A stretch of 62,969 nucleotides of DNA, counting the filler, from Asterionella formosa (taxonomy: Eukaryota), in assembly GCA_002256025.1 (NCBI GenBank). It is 26 parts of 26 records of this genome, joined end to end, with 100 filler letters (N's around TTAATTAATTAA, not from the genome) between each part and the next. Parts side by side here need not be neighbours in the genome. Positions count along the whole stretch, not along the records: positions 57,195 to 58,267 come from NKIB01004517.1; positions 58,368 to 59,444 come from NKIB01004518.1; positions 59,545 to 60,617 come from NKIB01004519.1; positions 60,718 to 61,790 come from NKIB01004520.1; positions 61,891 to 62,969 come from NKIB01004521.1; 21 more parts are not named here. The stretch is one strand, 5' to 3'. The position numbers were made by a program, and so were the translations under genes. Position 1 is the stretch's first letter; every line of letters starts with the position of its first letter. Below the pieces are notes generated by a model, which was not told the origin of the DNA, did no database searches, and saw only the letters and a list, made by a program, of their open reading frames with translations. Below, piece by piece: positions 57,840-62,969 of this stretch.

Positions 57840-59544
57840 ATGTAAATGAACCATCCACGAGAACAGGAGCTTAGTTGAACTTTGAAATGAATTATTTGAA
57901 GCATCAACTCGTAATTCAGTCTTGCATGCAAAGTTCATCGTGAAAACTTCATGTGAAGGCAGTAACGACTGAACTTTCAATGAAAAAATTCAAAGTAACC
58001 TTATTTACCGGAAATGTTACATTAATGTTTGTGAAGTAACACCTATTTAGCACTCCTACATGGATGAAATTTCGAAAAGTGGTGCATTTTGCAGCTTAGA
58101 TGTAATCCTAGCTACTGGACATTAATTTTGGTAGCCCTCCTGTGATCATTTCCATATTCTATATACAGGAACATGAATGATGACGCAATCATCACATGTG
58201 TGTACTCATGTGATGATAAGCCTACTATGGAACATATAGTTTTGGTAGACCAGTGACTATTTCCGTANNNNNNNNNNNNNNNNNNNNNNNNNNNNNNNNN
58301 NNNNNNNNNNNTTAATTAATTAANNNNNNNNNNNNNNNNNNNNNNNNNNNNNNNNNNNNNNNNNNNNATTACTTAAGAAATTACTTAGAGCCTAAAAATT
58401 ACTTAGAAGTACCCGAATGGCAAGACGATAGCTGGAGCGGGAATTGCTCAAACAATTCAAGCAATGTGGAGTTTTCCGTGAAAGGAATCTTTAGTCATCA
58501 CGCCCTTGTGGACATGACGCCTGATATTTTTGGTATACAGTAATCTAAATATGGAATTCATCCATTTTTCTGGGCGATTGGAGGTGGTGTTTTGTTAAAG
58601 TGAGCTCATCTACGTAGTTAGGACTCGGAGTCAATCGAGTCAAACGATTCGAATGAGTCCACTTTGATGTACCAAGCTCTCATCAACCACACATTATACC
58701 TTGTTACTCCGACTATAATGAGCCGGACAATATAAGCTATTTCGGAAGACCGATAGTTTGAAATGAATGATCACGGTTAAAAACCTATGATCAGTAGCTA
58801 AGTGTGAGATAGACATGGGTCTATCTATGATTGTATGTTTCTAGAAATGCAAACAGCATTTGGAGAATAGTTCGTTTGTTTGTTCAAACAGAACAACCTA
58901 AACTAGATTAGTAAACTCACAATAAGAATATAGAAACGGAAAGAGAAACGAGCGTCTCTATCTATAGTCTTCTTTGTCTAACGATATAGATCTATCAAAA
59001 AAGGTAAGACTTTAACAGTGTTTCAGGTAGAGAAGGTTCATATATAACTGCTTCTGGTGCTGCTTTTAAGATTGCCTTTATTGTCGAGCAGATAATGGCC
59101 ATGATTGAGGTGTCACTATTTGACTTATCCGTTCGACTGTGTGTCCGGTCGTACTGTTGGAAAAATGCGAGCTGACTGCCACAGGACAGGCGTGAAGGGT
59201 ATAGTAGACACGAGAGAGAACAGTACAACAGTTAAAACCGTACAGCCGCTACCAAGATTTACCTGGGATGACGTGGTAAAAGGCACAACGCAAGGAAAAG
59301 CAATCAGAGGTCAAGAAAAAAATGTTAAAATGCAATGTGAGTAATAAGAGTGTTTCGAGACCATTATCTCGAAACAATCCAGTTAGTAAAGTGAAAGTTT
59401 AAGTTTGACAACTTCCTCGTTGCTATCAATTTCATCAACTGTATNNNNNNNNNNNNNNNNNNNNNNNNNNNNNNNNNNNNNNNNNNNNTTAATTAATTAA
59501 NNNNNNNNNNNNNNNNNNNNNNNNNNNNNNNNNNNNNNNNNNNN

Positions 59545-60617
59545 GCCAAGGTATGGGAAATGACCTCAGTTGATTGGAATCCTAGGTATGGTCTGAGGGC
59601 ATCAATGTTTGGATTGACTATGCGAGTAGTAAGGAGAGCATGGCACATTTTGTTAGGTTTCTCAGCTGCAAGATTTGGGTTTAATACCAAGCCCAAAGGG
59701 TTCTTGTATGTATCGAGGGTAGAGTCCAAGAGTACATATGGTGAGGTGCAGAGTTTATCGTCTTTCATGTGTACAATGTTATGTACCTGGACTGATATAT
59801 CTTGCTGTAATGGCAGCAATGATAAGCATTGGTCACTGTAGTGTGAGTTAGGATCCCAAGGGAAGTCTGCTGTGATATCGATAGGTGGCAATGATGTTAA
59901 TTCTTGTTCTGTTGGTAACCGGTGTCTGAATGTCATAAGACCTCCATTAATGATAAAAGGGATGTAGACATGAGGACGGGGAAGAAAACACTGTCCTCCT
60001 TTCCTGCCTGGTATGCTTGTTGGGTGCTTAGTGGAAATAGAATCAACAATGCAGTCATGTTCTCGTAACTGAAACTCTGAGAGGAGGGTGGTAGGACTGC
60101 CTTGATTATACACAGCTTCATGTACACGGAGAAGGTATTTATTCCCTTGTGTCTCCACTACTGTTACCGCACTGACAATGGGCATTCCAGTTTTACGGGA
60201 AGATTTTGCATCAAACCCGACAAGGTTGGCTTTTCGTGAAGTGTATGACTCAATATGCCATCCGTCTCCAATAACACAAGTATCTGCTCCATTGTCTGCT
60301 ATACTTAGAAAAGTATGTTCGTTCAGTAATGATAGTAAACATCTGCGGTTGCATATGGTGGTATCCATTGTAATGTCTCGAGTATGCACTGTATAGATGG
60401 AGCGAATACCATCATTTAGTTTTTCCTCGTGCTTTAACACCTCAGTTAGTAAGGAAATAAGCTGTTCTGCATCCGGGTCATCTGAGGTATCTTGATTTTG
60501 CTGCGTTTCAATTTGGTGGGTTGATTGCATTGACATATTTGCTGCTCGTTCTTCAGGATTGCGTTCTGCCGGATTGGAATATTGTTTGGGGACGATCGGG
60601 GGGTTGCTAAGCATTGA
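59545..60617 (-). mobile_element. Copia/CoDi-like protease region fragment
   Basis: ADNGADTCVIG (protease D-x-GA), HEAVY..TLLSEFQLRE, LPT..EL..DIT...WDP. Confidence 0.85.
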
Positions 60618-60717
60618 NNNNNNNNNNNNNNNNNNNNNNNNNNNNNNNNNNNNNNNNNNNNTTAATTAATTAANNNNNNNNNNNNNNNNNNNNNNNNNNN
60701 NNNNNNNNNNNNNNNNN

Positions 60718-61701
60718 AAAACTGAGACGCTAGATTTCAAACGTGATCATTCAGATGTTTTGTACTATTTCCAAGGAACTCGTGGAATTTACCCAGGTGG
60801 GAGTGATATCTTATCTGCAGAGGTCATCACAACGAAATTGACCAGTATGGACATTAATGAAGCTCACGCTAAATACGGACATATTGGGGAAGCGGCATTG
60901 CGGGCTACTATGAAATCGCTTGGTATCAAAATGACAGGTGTGATGTATACATGTGAAGGATGTGCGCTAGCTAAGGCTAAAGCAAAAAGTGTTCCTAAAA
61001 TCACTATGAGCAAGGCTACTCAACCGGGCGAACGTTTGTGCACAGATATCAGCGGTCCATATAAAAAGTCGATTTTAGGAAATGACTATTGGATCCTTGT
61101 TGTTGATGATTACACCGGAAAATCTTGGAGTTTCTTTGTTAAGAAGAAGTCACAGCTTGCTTCAAAGATTGAAGATTTGTTGACTAAACTAAAAACGGCT
61201 GAGTATGTTACCAAGTTTCTCCGTTGTGACAATGCGGGTGAAAACGTCTCAGGTTTGACAAAACTATGCGAGAAATTCAATATTCAAATCGAATTTACGG
61301 CACCCTACACACCACAACAGAATGGAATTGTGGAGCGAAAGTTTGTAACCATTCGTCAACGAGCATGTGCAGCAATGTTTGCTGCAAAATTTAATGATGA
61401 ATTTCAAGGTTTACTTTGGGCAGAGGCCATCAACACCAACACACGAATCACGAACATTGTGGCCACATCTAATGATGTAAAAAGTGCAGATGAGAAGTTT
61501 TACAAAAAGGTTCCAATGATTTACGATCATCTAATGCATTTTGGCAGGATCGGATGGGTGAAAATTGGTGCTAAGAAAACAAATAAACTCGAAGAAAAGG
61601 CCATTAAATGTGTGATGGTTGGTTATTCTCATGATCATGCTGGATACACTTACCTTATGTACACACTAATTGTCATGGTTCATATATCTATGGAATCTTG
61701 A
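60718..61701 (+). mobile_element. Canonical Ty1/Copia integrase fragment, truncated
   Basis: HAKYGH..CEGC (HHCC), TDISGP, VVDDYT, LRCDNAGE, TPQQNGIVER, KLEEKA.KC.MVGY. Confidence 0.93.
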
Positions 61702-62004
61702 TAAGGTCACTTGACACCTTACTATAGACAAACTTTCAGCCTTTCAACGAGTGGGGCGAACATATTGACAAAGTTATCTGTTGACAACTCNNNNNNNNNN
61801 NNNNNNNNNNNNNNNNNNNNNNNNNNNNNNNNNNTTAATTAATTAANNNNNNNNNNNNNNNNNNNNNNNNNNNNNNNNNNNNNNNNNNNNCTGTATTTGT
61901 ATGATTACTTTGTGGTTACCATTATGAGTCAATATGGATCAATATTAGAACCATATGATCAAATATTATAAGTATAAACATGCTTATCAAATATTCATAT
62001 ATAA

Positions 62005-62104
62005 GGGCCGTTCTTATCATTTTTTTTCGTGTATCACGGAATTTGAATTTTTTTGAAAATGTATCAGCAACGGTAACTCGATTTGAACTGAATTTCATTC
62101 ATTC
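62005..62104 (+). mobile_element. End of another family-B Harbinger-like element (extent beyond 62104 unknown)
   Basis: TAA then GGGCCGTTCTTATCATTTTTTTTCGTGTATCACGGAATTT; about 100 bp match the reverse complement of 40935-41035. Confidence 0.8.
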
Positions 62105-62969
62105 TAAATCGGGCTTGCAATAGGCAATGTTCGTCTTTCTTTGATCCCATAGTCTGCTGCTTTTTATGCTAGTTGAAGCGGATTGGTGAGTACAACAGTG
62201 AAACACTGAATGTGGATTGTAGATCGTATTTATTGGGCCGACTTTCCGATTTGATTGCTTCCGTGGTTTGTTTTGATTGCTTCCATCGTTGTTTGTTGTT
62301 ACGCACTGTCGTTTTGTTTCAATTGTACATATCTACATAAGAACCAATGCATTTATCAATGACTACTCATTGAAGATGTGGTATTGTGCCGTTGTTGATC
62401 GTATTTGTTGATTTGAATAGTCATTGACAATCATGTCAATATTGCCACCAAGCAATGCTTTTCTTGTACTAACACGCTTTGCTACATTTCTACTACAAGT
62501 TCGTATCAGAAGCTACATGAATACTCAGCTAGAGAGAGTCAATAGTGCTGGAGCAGCGTGGCGATCATGCTTCTTGCTCAGAATGGAATGATCAGGGTTG
62601 CTTGTTTGGTGGGCAGAGAGGAATGACTGTGGCGGAAATACTGCTACTGGTGTCAGGCTGCTACTAGCTAGAGCGATGCGCATGGTTGCAGCAACCCGAA
62701 AATTTACGCTAGATAACGATGCAGGTCTAAATTGGGTTCAGCTTTTTTTATTCTTCTTTCGGTCTTCGATTTTGTGTTGATGGAAAGTCAATGTGGCCTG
62801 TGTAAGTACTACAATGATTCACAATGCATACTTCTCCATTGGAACTCTTATTTTTTAATTTCATTTCTAACCCAAAACAATTTTTTCTATTTCTCATTTG
62901 ATGCTACTTATTACATCGCATTTCATACTTTGGTTGCTCCAAACATCATGTTCAATTTTCATTGATGTT

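Noticed and set aside
58940..59444. Possible solo or partial CoDi LTR
   Set aside because: Composition is suggestive, but no second copy, TG..CA ends, PBS or PPT could be established in the window.
1078..61890. Regularly spaced TTAATTAATTAA with ~1.07-kb unique spacers as a biological array
   Set aside because: Always embedded in fixed N runs; a standard six-frame-stop assembly linker.

Overview
Eukaryotic nuclear DNA, very probably a pennate diatom. Evidence: GT-AG introns, RPB1 with a YSPTSPA CTD, ASAFAP-type plastid presequences, CoDi-like Copia fragments and diatom-type gene families. The window is not one locus. It is 26 contigs or scaffolds joined by an artificial 100-bp linker (N44-TTAATTAATTAA-N44): two gene-bearing scaffolds of about 17.3 kb (3530-20873 and 28030-45354) and 24 small pieces of about 1.07 kb, mostly transposon fragments. 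Recognisable genes: RPB1, a Man1/Src1-like inner nuclear membrane protein, an ARM-repeat protein, a kinesin-13-like motor, a fucosyltransferase-like protein, plastid-targeted ProRS with a WHEP domain, acireductone dioxygenase, a CDPK-like kinase, CDC45 (partial), a PGRL1 fragment and several diatom-type families. Mobile DNA includes Copia/CoDi and Gypsy-like fragments, two PIF/Harbinger-like families, a TTAA-inserting Kolobok-like family, a Crypton-like recombinase remnant and MITE-like elements. The most unusual signal is a pervasive set of micro-insertions at TA dinucleotides (TA-CCGG-TA, TA-CC[A/T]GG-TA, TA-GC-TA, TA-CCG-TA). Comparing repeat copies shows these are true insertions. They stack into (TACCWGG)n arrays and occur in-frame in coding sequence, which fits accumulated transposon excision footprints. 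Also notable: a HExxH membrane-protease-like domain fused upstream of an internal Ntn (CGNFG) amidotransferase domain, and loss of the first zinc site of RPB1. All family assignments are by eye from recalled motifs; no database searches were run.
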